Assembly (NCBI GenBank): GCA_963755025.1
Contig: CAVWIH010000034.1
Span: forward strand, 128,001 to 192,000
DNA length: 64,000 nucleotides
Direction: 5' to 3'
From: an uncultured Actinomycetes bacterium
Lineage (GTDB): Bacteria > Actinomycetota > Thermoleophilia > UBA2241
The position numbers and the translations under genes are program-made. Below are positions 1 through 8,993 of this stretch, piece after piece. Below the pieces are notes generated by a model. That model was not told the origin of the DNA and searched no databases. It was given only the letters and a program-made list of their open reading frames with translations. Position 1 is the stretch's first letter; each line of letters opens with the position of its first letter.

Positions 1-724
1 CGTGGCCGTGCACCATGGAGGCGATGTAGGTGCCCAGCGAGACCAGCGCGGTCTTCTCGTCGATCAGGCCGGAGCCCAGGGCCTCGGTCGCTTTGTCGTT
101 GGCGGTGGTGACCACGGGCAGCCCCGCGGGAATGTCGGTCGCCGCGGCGGCCGCGGCGGTGACGTAGCCGGCGACGTCGCCCGGCATCTGCAGCTCGACC
201 AGCATCTCGCGCGGTATGTCCCAGCGCTCGAAGGCCGCCTGGTCGTCGCTCCACTGCCAGGTGTCGGTGTCGATCGGCCACTGGCCCTCGATGTTGTTGG
301 CCGCGCTGTCGACAAAGCGCCCCGTGAAGCGGTGGGTGATGTAGCCCGACGAGGTGGTCACGTAGGCGGTCTCCGGGTTGTCGTGCGAGTAGGGGCGGTA
401 GGCGCGCGTGTCCATCCAGCTCATCACCGGCGACGAGAGCGTGCCGTCGCGCTTGAGAAAGGCGCGTTCGCAGCGGATGGTGCACAGGCCGAGCCCGATG
501 ATGTCGGCGGGGTCGCCGGGGAAGGCCGCCATGGCGTGCCGGCTGGCCGCGGTGATGGTGTCCCAGAGGTCGTCGTCGGGGTGCTCGACGACGCCGTTGC
601 GCGGGCGGCTCATGGGGCGCAGGACCTGCCGGCCCTGACAGACGACGTTACCTTCGAGGTCGAAGACGACGACTTTCGCGCTCTGCGAGCCTGCGTCGAC
701 TCCGATGATGTACTTGCCCGACAT
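1..724 (-). CDS. FGGY-family carbohydrate kinase (YgcE-like), runs off window start
   Basis: Minus strand from ATG 724 reads MSGKYIIGVDAGSQSAKVVVFDLEG...EHPDDDLW...SLGTYIA, closely resembling E. coli YgcE; not in the ORF track because it has no stop in the window. Confidence 0.85.
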   Translation of the reverse strand, partial: MSGKYIIGVDAGSQSAKVVVFDLEGNVVCQGRQVLRPMSRPRNGVVEHPDDDLWDTITAASRHAMAAFPGDPADIIGLGLCTIRCERAFLKRDGTLSSPVMSWMDTRAYRPYSHDNPETAYVTTSSGYITHRFTGRFVDSAANNIEGQWPIDTDTWQWSDDQAAFERWDIPREMLVELQMPGDVAGYVTAAAAAATDIPAGLPVVTTANDKATEALGSGLIDEKTALVSLGTYIASMVHGH

Positions 725-810
725 CGTTGATCTTCGCTCCCTGGTCATGAGTTGCTTGCGAGCCGGCCCGACGGGCCTTGACCTGCGACCGTTCCCAGCG
801 CCGCGTCAGA

Positions 811-1587
811 CTAGCGGACCAGGTAGCCGCCATCCACCAGCAGGACGTGGCCGTTGACGTAGTCAGAGGCGCGGCTGGCCAGAAAGACGACGGCGCCCAT
901 GAGGTCGGCGGGGTCGCCCCAGCGGCCGGTGGCGATGTGGTCGAGGACGCGCTTGTTGGTCTCGGGGTTGCTGCGCGTCTGGGTGGTGATCTCGGTGGCG
1001 TAGTAGCCCGGCGCGATGCCGTTGACCTGGATGTTGTGCTGAGCGAGCTCGTCGCAGTAGGCCTTGGTGAGCCCGGCGATGCCGTGCTTGCTGGCGGCGT
1101 AGGCCGACGACCACTGTCCGCCCAGGTAGGTGAAGACGGAGCAGATGTTGATGATCTTGCCGCTGCGCTGCGGCACCATGAGCTTGGCGGCCTCGTAGCT
1201 CATCTCGAAGGCGGCCGTGAGGTTGACCGCGATGGTGGCGTCCCACTGCGCGCGCCCGAACTCGAGGACCTCGGCCAGCGGGCACACGCCGGCGCTGTTG
1301 ATAAGGATGTCGAGCGAGCCGAAGCGTTCGACGCAGGCCGCGACCACCTGCGCGGGGGCGCCGGGGGCCGTGATGTCGGCCTTCATGAACTCGTAGCGGC
1401 CGCCGGCGGCGGTGATGAGCGGTCCGGTGGTGCCGTCGTCGTCGACGATGCTCGGCACCAGCACGTTGGCGCCGCCCTTGGCGAGCGCCAGGGCGAAGGC
1501 CTGGCCGAGACCGGTGTTGCCGCCGGTCACGACGGCGTTCTTGCCCTTCAGCGAGAAGAACTCCATCGTGAAATCGCTGATCTCCAT
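811..1587 (-). CDS. SDR oxidoreductase, YgcW/KduD-like
   Basis: TGGNTGLG Rossmann motif, YAASK catalytic motif, ends VDGGYLVR-TAG; AAAGGAGA RBS before ATG 1587. Confidence 0.9.
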   Translation of the reverse strand: MEISDFTMEFFSLKGKNAVVTGGNTGLGQAFALALAKGGANVLVPSIVDDDGTTGPLITAAGGRYEFMKADITAPGAPAQVVAACVERFGSLDILINSAGVCPLAEVLEFGRAQWDATIAVNLTAAFEMSYEAAKLMVPQRSGKIINICSVFTYLGGQWSSAYAASKHGIAGLTKAYCDELAQHNIQVNGIAPGYYATEITTQTRSNPETNKRVLDHIATGRWGDPADLMGAVVFLASRASDYVNGHVLLVDGGYLVR

Positions 1588-1814
1588 GGCGGCTGTCTCC
1601 TTTACCGGCGCTGGCGGTGTCGTGCTCGATTGTGGGGCGTTCACGCGCTGGCGACCGCGTGTCGCGAGAACCTGAGTATTCGGCGGAAAGTTCGTCGAGT
1701 CAAGCCGTCAAAAGAACCTTCTGCCGTTGCAGACGGTGACGACGGCATTGTGCGCGCGCCAAGCGGCGTTTGGCGCGTGCCTTGCGTTGGCCACCGTCGC
1801 CTTGACGCGTGCCT

Positions 1815-1857
1815 GCGGCCGGCGGGCGGGGCGCGGAGCGCCCCGCCCGCCGGCCGC
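1815..1857 (-). terminator. Perfect 20-bp GC hairpin downstream of the dehydrogenase gene
   Basis: GCGGCCGGCGGGCGGGGCGC-GGA-GCGCCCCGCCCGCCGGCCGC; no U-tract. Confidence 0.6.
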
Positions 1858-1877
1858 GACGGTCGCGGCTCGAGGGC

Positions 1878-2792
1878 TCACTCGGGCTCGAGCTCGGCGG
1901 GGAACCCGGGGGCGCGCAGGTCGGTGCCCACGGCGTCTTCGAGCATCTTGACGACCATGGGCGACTGGGCGTCGCCGCCGTACAGGGCGCGGGCCCGCGC
2001 GAAGATCTGCTCGGTGAGGCCGGCGAGCTCGAGCGGCACGCCGAACTCGCGCCCCATCTGATGGGCGAAGTAGAGGTCCTTGCGCGCCAGGTCCATGGTG
2101 AAGTTGATGTTGTAGCTGCCGTTCAGGATGAGCTGGCCCTCGGTCTCGTGCACGAAGCTGTTGCCCGAGCTCGCTTTGATCACGTCCCAGGCCGTCTTCA
2201 GGTCGACGCCGCTGCGTTTGGCCAGCATGAGCGCCTCGCCGTCGGCTACGAGGTGGATGAAGGCGAGCATGTTGGTGATCACCTTGATGGCCGAGGCGCG
2301 GCCCAGCTCGCCGATGTAGAAGACGCGGTCGCCCATCGCCTGCAGGGCGGGCAGGTGGCGCTCGTAGACGGCCTGGTCGCCGCCCACCAGCACGGTGATC
2401 ATGCCGGCCGCGGCGCGGTGCACGCCGCCGGTCACCGGCGACTCGAGCACGGAGACCCCCTTCTCGGCCGCGAGGGCGGCGAGGCGCTGCAGCTCGTGGG
2501 GATCGTTGGTGCTCATGTCGACCCACGTGCCGCCGCCGGCCAGGCCTTCGAACACGCCCTGCGGGCCGGCGGTCACCGCGGTCACGACCTCGGGTGAGGG
2601 CAGGCAGGTGATGACCGTGTCGGAGAGGCGCGCGACGGCGGCGGGCGAGTCGGCCCAGGCGGCGCCCGCCTTGAGCAGATCGTGCGCGGCCTTGGGGTCG
2701 ATGTCGTTGACGGTCACCGTAAAGCCGGCGCGCAGCAGGCTGCCGGCCAGGTGGCGGCCCAGACTGCCCAGACCGATATAGCCGATCTTCAT
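1878..2792 (-). CDS. NAD(P)-dependent beta-hydroxyacid dehydrogenase (3-hydroxyisobutyrate dehydrogenase family)
   Basis: MKIGYIGLG Rossmann motif, VDMST, SPVTGG, catalytic K in AIKVITNML; GGAGG RBS. Confidence 0.85.
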   Translation of the reverse strand: MKIGYIGLGSLGRHLAGSLLRAGFTVTVNDIDPKAAHDLLKAGAAWADSPAAVARLSDTVITCLPSPEVVTAVTAGPQGVFEGLAGGGTWVDMSTNDPHELQRLAALAAEKGVSVLESPVTGGVHRAAAGMITVLVGGDQAVYERHLPALQAMGDRVFYIGELGRASAIKVITNMLAFIHLVADGEALMLAKRSGVDLKTAWDVIKASSGNSFVHETEGQLILNGSYNINFTMDLARKDLYFAHQMGREFGVPLELAGLTEQIFARARALYGGDAQSPMVVKMLEDAVGTDLRAPGFPAELEPE

Positions 2793-2858
2793 GTACGTCG
2801 CCTCCGTTGTTCGTGGGGTGCCGGGTCGCGGGCGCGGCGCTCTCCGCGCTCTCCCGCT

Positions 2859-4319
2859 CTATTCGTGACGCGCGCGACGGATGTCGCTGGCGCTCGCCTG
2901 GCAGATGGCGGCCAGGCCGTCGATCTGGTCGTCGCTCAGGCAGGGCTCTTTGGCGGCGTGCGCGGCCAGCAGGCGCTCGACCGTGTCGCAGGCCACGTCG
3001 TTCTCGGTGCGGCCTTCTTCGAGCCACTTGTCGTACGACAGGCGGTTCGACACGCCCGGCTGCAGGTGTTCGCCCGCGCGCACGCGGCGCGCCGTGTCTT
3101 TCTCGCCGAGAAAGCCGCCGCCCGGCCCGACCCGGGCGATCGACTCGGCGGCCAAGGTGGCGTCGGAGACCTCGACGTCGCCGTGAAGGCGGCGCACCAT
3201 GGCGGCGATCTCGTCGTCGACGACCGACTGCGGCAGGTACATGGTGTTGTGCGAATCGATCAGGCCCCAGCCCGTGACGATGTCGGGGTTGGCGCTGCAC
3301 ACGCCGGCCACCTTGAGGGCCTTCTCGTAGCCGGTCTGCAGGCCGGCGTGCTTGCTGTCGGTCGACAGTCCCGGGCTCAGCGTGGGCACGCCCACGTAGT
3401 GGCCGACCTCGGTGGCCATGGCCGCCATGAGGGCGCTCTCGACGCAGCCCAGCGAGAAGGTCGTGCGCAGCATGTCGAGCACGCCGGAGCCGAAGCAGAA
3501 GATGAGCCGCGCCCCGGGCGCGGCGACCTGCAGGGCGGTGGCGACGCCTAGGAACTCGGCGAGCCCCTGCACGACCGAGCCCGCCAGCGTGACCGGCGAG
3601 GTCGCCCCGGCGATCGTCATGGAGTAGACCTCGATCGGTATGCCCAGGGCGGCCAGCGCGACGTGGACGTCGAGCACCGGCCCCTCGACCTGGAGCGGCG
3701 AGGCGGCCGTGCAGACTGTCGAGAAGCGCGGCCGCTCGCGGAACGCCTCGAGGCTGCCCGAGAGCACTTCGCAGATGCGCACGACGGCGTCGACCTCGTT
3801 GGGGCAGTCGACGAAGGTCACGTGCTGCGAGGTCTCGGTGAGCATGGTGAAGTACTCGATGAGCTCGCGCCGGTCGAGCGCGACGTCGGTGGCGCTGACC
3901 TGGGTCCACATGAGGTCGAGCTGCGGCAGTTCGTCCATGAGCGCGGTGCACTCGCGCAGGTCCTGCAGCGTGCTGGGGCGGCGCGCGCCCGTGCGAAAGT
4001 CGAGCGTCTTGGCGACGCAGCCGCTCGGCGCAAAGCGGAACCGCTGGTCGGCGCCGAGCAGGGCGTCGTCGGCCGGCGTGGCGCCGGCCATGGTGAAGGA
4101 GCGCGGGCACTGGGAGATGGCCCACTCGACGAGCTCGCGGGGCAGGCGGACGATGCCGGTAGCCTCGTCGACCTGGGCGCCGCGGGCGGCCAGCAGGGGC
4201 AGCGTGCGCGAGCCGGCCAAGCGTATGCCGACCGTCGCCAGCAGGTCGATGGCCTGGTCTGCGATGCGGCTCTTCTCGTGCTCTGAGAGCCACGCGGTCC
4301 GTGCCTTCACAAGCCTCAC
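2859..4319 (-). CDS. Non-pyrrolysine MttB-superfamily methyltransferase
   Basis: AGATSPVTLAGS and GLSTDSKHAGLQTGYEK motifs, GPGGGFL C-terminal motif; Ser at the Pyl-equivalent position. Confidence 0.85.
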   Translation of the reverse strand: MRLVKARTAWLSEHEKSRIADQAIDLLATVGIRLAGSRTLPLLAARGAQVDEATGIVRLPRELVEWAISQCPRSFTMAGATPADDALLGADQRFRFAPSGCVAKTLDFRTGARRPSTLQDLRECTALMDELPQLDLMWTQVSATDVALDRRELIEYFTMLTETSQHVTFVDCPNEVDAVVRICEVLSGSLEAFRERPRFSTVCTAASPLQVEGPVLDVHVALAALGIPIEVYSMTIAGATSPVTLAGSVVQGLAEFLGVATALQVAAPGARLIFCFGSGVLDMLRTTFSLGCVESALMAAMATEVGHYVGVPTLSPGLSTDSKHAGLQTGYEKALKVAGVCSANPDIVTGWGLIDSHNTMYLPQSVVDDEIAAMVRRLHGDVEVSDATLAAESIARVGPGGGFLGEKDTARRVRAGEHLQPGVSNRLSYDKWLEEGRTENDVACDTVERLLAAHAAKEPCLSDDQIDGLAAICQASASDIRRARHE

Positions 4320-4563
4320 ACACCTTCCCCTGGGCCGCTGTCCGCGCGCTGGTGCGCGGGCTTGGCGGCGGTCCCCGGCAGCCTGCCGCGAGACCGTTCG
4401 CAGGGCACGATGTCACCAGCCCCGAGCGGTGTCAAGCCGAAGCGTTTCGTTCCAACGGAAAACGGCAGAACTACTTGTCTTTACAACGCACATGCTTGAA
4501 CTGTCGCCGCGAAAGCGCAAAGATTGCGTATTCGCTGTGAGTATCGGCAGGGAGGAGCATCGC

Positions 4564-5100
4564 ATGATCAGAGCGGGGCAGGCCCCCTTCGGCACGGTCG
4601 CCATGGACGAGCTCGACCGCGGCATCGTGCAGCTGCTGCGCCCTAACGCGCGGCGCTCGTACGCCAGCGTCGCGCGCGCCCTCGGCGTCTCCGAGCCCAC
4701 GGTGCGCAACCGCGTCGACCGCCTCATCGCCAAGGGCGCCGTCTTTCAGCGGGCCAGCGTCAACCCCGCGGCCATCGGTCTACCCGTCGACGCCATGGTC
4801 GGCATCCGCGTGAACCGCGGCTACTCAAAGGGGGTTGGGGCGCGCCTCGCCGCCATGGAGAACGTAGCCTACGTGGGCTACACCACCGGCTCGTTCGACA
4901 TCCTGATCGAGGCGCACCTGCCCGACAACGAGGGCCTCTACAAGTTCTTGAACGAAGACCTCGAAGAGATCGAGGGCGTGGCCTACACCGAGACCTGGCA
5001 CATCCTGCGCACCGACAAGACCAACATCGAGTGGGAGGGCGAGATGGTCGGGCACGCTCCCCTCGAGGTCGTCGACGACCTCGAGGGCGCCGACGCTTGA
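4564..5100 (+). CDS. Lrp/AsnC family transcriptional regulator
   Basis: MDELDRGIVQLL...ARRSYASVARALGVSEPTVRNRV HTH, TTGSFDIL ligand-domain motif; GGAGGAG RBS. Confidence 0.9.
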   Translation: MIRAGQAPFGTVAMDELDRGIVQLLRPNARRSYASVARALGVSEPTVRNRVDRLIAKGAVFQRASVNPAAIGLPVDAMVGIRVNRGYSKGVGARLAAMENVAYVGYTTGSFDILIEAHLPDNEGLYKFLNEDLEEIEGVAYTETWHILRTDKTNIEWEGEMVGHAPLEVVDDLEGADA

Positions 5101-5132
5101 CAAGCCCCGGCGGGCAGTGTCTGATGAGCTAC

Positions 5133-5150
5133 TAATTGACCGGTCGATTA
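5133..5150. promoter_or_regulatory. Near-perfect 18-bp palindrome (candidate repressor operator) upstream of mtbB
   Basis: TAATTGACCGGTCGATTA, AT-rich in a GC-rich background; TTGACA at 5097-5102 upstream. Confidence 0.55.
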
Positions 5151-5186
5151 GCACGACCGCCATGGCGTGATCTGGGGAGGGCAAGC

Positions 5187-6596
5187 GTGACGACAGAAGA
5201 CCGGGTGCCGACCCGAATGGCCGACGGCACCTTCGTGCGCCTGACGCGCAGCGAGATCAAGGCCGATCTCGTGGCCGGGTCAGAGGCGGCGGCCAAACGC
5301 GCCAAGGTGGCGCCGCTGACCGACGACGAGATCGACCACCTGCTCGACATCTACGCCTCGCCGGCGCGCTTTACCGGGGTCGACGTGGGCGACGAGATCG
5401 TCCTTTCCTGCGACGGCACCGGCATGAAGACCCACGCCACGCGCATCCAGGACCTGCAGACCTACGAGCAGTGGATGGGCGCCGACCTGCTCGAGCTGTG
5501 CGTGGGCGACTACTCGCTCAAGGTCGTGCGCACCATCCTCGCCTACGAGGCGCAGTACATGCACGACGCCCAGCTCTGCACGGTGGCGCCGCTGCAGTAC
5601 GGCGTCATGCCCAACCTGGGCCTCTATTCCAAGCCCGACGGCCCCTGCGACAACTGGAACGAGCTCCTGCCGCTGGGCCGCATCGACGAAGCGCGGGCGT
5701 CTGAAGAAGAGGCCGTCGAGATGGCCGTGGTCGACATGGTGCGCCTGGCCGACACGCAGTACGAGGCCGGCGCCGACGCCATCGACTGGGACACGACGGG
5801 CGCCTCGGGCGACCCCGAGTTCCTGGCCGCGCTGCGCGCCACCGCCATCATCCGCAAGAAGTACCCCGACTTCGGCGTGCAGCTGGGCATGGCCGGCGAG
5901 TTCGTGCTGGGCATGCACGGCCGGCTCGAGTACGAGGGCGTGCGCCTCGCCGGCCTGTGGCCTAAAGACCAGCTGCTGCTCGCCCAGCAGGCCGGCGCCA
6001 CCATGTTCGGGCCGGTCGTCAACGTGAACACCGGCAAGAGTTGCGCCTGGAACATCGCCCGGGCGATCGCCCTGGTCAAGCCGTGCATGGACGTAGCCAC
6101 CATCCCCGTCCACATGAACGCCGGCATGGGCGTGGGCGCCGTGCCCATGTTCGTGCACCCGCCGGCCGACGCCGTGTGCCGGGCGGCCAAGTCGTGCGTC
6201 GACATCCTGCACCTCGACGGCTTATAGGTTGGTTCCGGCGACCCGCATGGCATGCACAGTGCGCATGCGCAGGCGGCGGGCATGGGCGGAATGCGAGCAG
6301 CCGGAGACCTGGTTGCTCGCCTGCAGATGACCCGCGGTATGCGTCTGGCGCAAGCAAAAGACTATGTGGCCGGCAAGCTCGGCGTGACGCCGTTCGACCT
6401 GTCCGACCCCGTCGTCATGACCGACGTGCGCAACGACTTCGGCTTTGGCCGCATCCACAGCTACGCCATCAGTCAGCCGGCGCAGGCCAACCAGATCGAG
6501 GCCAAGGTGAACATCGCGCGCGTGCTCGACATACCCATCAACTGTGTGGAGCGCTTCAGGGAACGTACGACGCCGGTCGCCGGCGGCGTGCGCTGA
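5187..6596 (+). CDS. mtbB: Dimethylamine:corrinoid methyltransferase, pyrrolysine-containing (in-frame TAG 6225-6227, codon 347 of 469)
   Basis: ORFs 5136-6227 and 6252-6596 share a frame; readthrough gives LDGL-O-VGSGDPHGM...GMGGMRAAGDLVARLQ, matching Methanosarcina MtbB DGI-O-IGVGDPLGM...RAAGDLVARMQ; GTG start with GGGGAGG RBS. Confidence 0.92.
6235..6373 (+). promoter_or_regulatory. Long imperfect stem-loop immediately 3' of the mtbB amber codon (PYLIS-like candidate)
   Basis: Nested helices 6235-39/6369-73, 6244-50/6362-68, 6261-68/6337-44, 6276-83/6327-35, 6293-6302/6311-20; local excess of A/T-ending codons. Confidence 0.6.
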
Positions 6597-6621
6597 CGCG
6601 GCGACCGAGGGAGGGCGACTG

Positions 6622-8097
6622 ATGATCCGCAACCCGCGCGCCGGCGCGCGCAAGAGCGGCGGCTTTCGGCTCGAGGTGTTCACCGACGACGAGCTGCGCG
6701 AGATCCACCTGGCGACGCTCGAGGTGCTGTCGCGCACCGGCGTCTTCGTCGAAGACGACGAGGCGCTCGAGCTGTTCGCCCAGGCGGGCGCCGACATCGA
6801 CCGCGAGCGCCGCGTCGTGCGCCTGCCGGCGCACCTGGTCGAAGACGCCGTCGACGCGGCGCCCTCCACGGTCGTGCTCTGCGGGCGCGACCCGGCGAAC
6901 GACGTGGTCTTAGAAGACGGCCGCGTCGGCTTCACCAACTTCGGCGAGGGCATCCAGGTCGTCGATCCCTACACGGGCGAGCTGCGCGAGTCGCACAAGG
7001 CCGACGTGGCCGACTGCACGCGCCTGATCGACGCCCTGCCCGAGATCGACGTCGTCGAGCGCCCCCTCGGGGCGCACGACGTGCCGCCCGACACGGCGGC
7101 CCTGCACAACGCCGAAGCGATCTTCTCGAACACCACCAAGCACGCCACCATCGGCCCGCTCTCGGGCTTCTGCGCGGTGAAGATGATCGACATGGCGGCC
7201 GCCATCGCCGGCGGCCGAGACCGCTTGCGCAGGCGGCCCATCCTCTCGTTCCTCACCTGCCCGGTGAGCCCCCTCAAGCTCGTCGCCGACGCCTGTCGCA
7301 TCATCATCGAGGGGGCTCGTGCCGGGGTGCCGGTCAACGTGCTCTCCATGGCCATGGCCGGCGGCTCGTCGCCGGTGAACCTGGCCGGCACGCTGGTCAC
7401 CCACAACGCCGAGGTGCTCGCCGGCATCACGCTGGCACAACTCACCGTGCGCGGCGCGCCCGTCATTTACGGCTCGTCGACGACCGCCATGGACCTGCGC
7501 TACGCGAGCGCCTCGGTGGGCAGCCCGGAGTGCGGCATGATCGGCGCCGGGGTGGCCTGCCTGGCGCGCTTCTACTTGCTGCCCAGCTGGGTCGCCGGTG
7601 CGTAGGGCGACTCCAAGGTGGCCGACGCCCAATCCGGTCACGAGAAGACACTCACCAGCCTGCTACCGGCGTTGGCAGGGGCCAACCTGATCTATGGGCT
7701 GGGGATGTTGGAATCGGGCGTCACCATCGACTACGCGCAGCTCGTCATGGACGCCGAGTTCGCGCGCATGGTCAAGTTCTGCGTGCCGGGCATCGCCGTG
7801 AACGACGAGACCCTGTCGGTCGACGTCATCGCCGAGATCGGCCCGTTCAGCGACTTTCTCTCACACGACGACACCTACCGCGGCATGCGCGGCCAGTCGC
7901 GCTCGAAGTTGATCGACCGGCGGGTCCGCGAGGAGTGGGTCGCCGCCGGCTCGACGACGCTCTACGAACGCTCGCGCGCCGAAGCCTGCCGCCTGCTCGA
8001 GAGCCACGTGCCGCAGCCGTTGCCGCCCGAGGTGGCCGCCGAGCTTGCCGCCATCATCGCGGCGGCAGAGCTGGAGCTCGGCGTGGGGCCGGCCTGA
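6622..8097 (+). CDS. mttB: Trimethylamine:corrinoid methyltransferase, pyrrolysine-containing (in-frame TAG 7603-7605, codon 328 of 491)
   Basis: ORFs ending 7605 and 7618-8097 share a frame; [45 protein letters not shown] matches the Pyl site of Methanosarcina MttB; GGAGGG RBS. Confidence 0.93.
7617..7725 (+). promoter_or_regulatory. Long imperfect stem-loop just 3' of the mttB amber codon (PYLIS-like candidate)
   Basis: Nested helices GACGCCC 7624-30/GGGCGTC 7716-22, TCCGG/TTGGA, CCAGCCTG 7655-62/TGGGCTGG 7695-7702, GTTGGC-AGGG-GCCAAC 7671-86. Confidence 0.55.
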
Positions 8098-8177
8098 GAG
8101 AGCCGCGCGCGGTAAGGCAGAGGGCCACCGGGAACAGCGCCACCGACAGGGCGCGCACGACGCAGGCGAGGGTGTCG

Positions 8178-8993
8178 TCAGGCGACCCGATCGAACGAAG
8201 GGTCGCTCGCCGGAAAGCCGAGCGTGGTGCGCACCGTGCCGTCGCCTTCGACGATCAGCGCGCTGTAGCCGCGCAGTCCCGCCACCCGAGCCAGGGCCTT
8301 GCCGCCCGACGCCAGCAGAGCGGTGGCCAGGGCGTCGACGAAGGCCAGGTCGGGGCCTACCACGGTCGCCGCGAGCAGTTCCTGGGCGGCTTCGCCGGAG
8401 TGGGGGTCGAACACGTGCAGGCCGCGCTCGTAGTTGCCCGAGGTGGCCACCGCGCGGTCGTGGCCGCCCAGCGTGACCACGGTGAGCAGACGGTCGGCGG
8501 CCAGGGGGTGGCGTATGCCCACGCGCCACGGCTGGCCCTCTTCGGGCTCGCCGAACACGGCCACGTCGCCGCCGGCGTTGATCATGGCGCCCGCGGCGCC
8601 CGAGGCGCGCACCTCGGCCAAGGCGAGCTCGGCGGCCCAGCCCTTGACCAGGCCCGTGGGGTCGACGCCGCCCGGCAGCGCCCAGGGGTCGAACCAGCCG
8701 CCCGACGCCTCGCGCGCCCGGCGGCAGAGCTCGAGCACCTGGGCGACCTCGGGCGGCGCCTCGTCGAGCGATATCTCGCCGCGCCGCAGGCGGCTCACGG
8801 GGCTGTCTGGCTGCCAGGTGCTGAACACCTGGTCGACGTGGTGCAGCACGGCGACCGCGCGCTGCGCGGCGGCGGCCGTCGCAGAGGTCGCCGACGCCTC
8901 GCCGCCGGTCTCAGTCGCCGCCGCCGTTGTCGCCGCCGCTTCCCGGATCACCAACGACACCACCGTGCCCATTACCGCTTCCGAGAGCTGCAT
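8178..8993 (-). CDS. apbE: FAD:protein FMN transferase (ApbE family)
   Basis: VMGT, FSTWQPDSPVSRL, DPTGLVKGWA, INAGGDV, VATSGNYERG, DALATA motifs. Confidence 0.88.
   Translation of the reverse strand: MQLSEAVMGTVVSLVIREAAATTAAATETGGEASATSATAAAAQRAVAVLHHVDQVFSTWQPDSPVSRLRRGEISLDEAPPEVAQVLELCRRAREASGGWFDPWALPGGVDPTGLVKGWAAELALAEVRASGAAGAMINAGGDVAVFGEPEEGQPWRVGIRHPLAADRLLTVVTLGGHDRAVATSGNYERGLHVFDPHSGEAAQELLAATVVGPDLAFVDALATALLASGGKALARVAGLRGYSALIVEGDGTVRTTLGFPASDPSFDRVA

Noticed and set aside
1708-4416. 902-aa and similar long Arg/Pro-rich alternative-frame or antisense ORFs (e.g. 8434-10662, 44491-46476, 60210-62207)
   Set aside because: Shadow ORFs typical of high-GC DNA that overlap well-supported genes and carry no recognisable motifs
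6225-7605. mtbB and mttB as nonsense pseudogenes or four separate ORFs
   Set aside because: Both stops are TAG at the known Pyl positions with in-frame conserved continuation; the downstream fragments lack their own RBS
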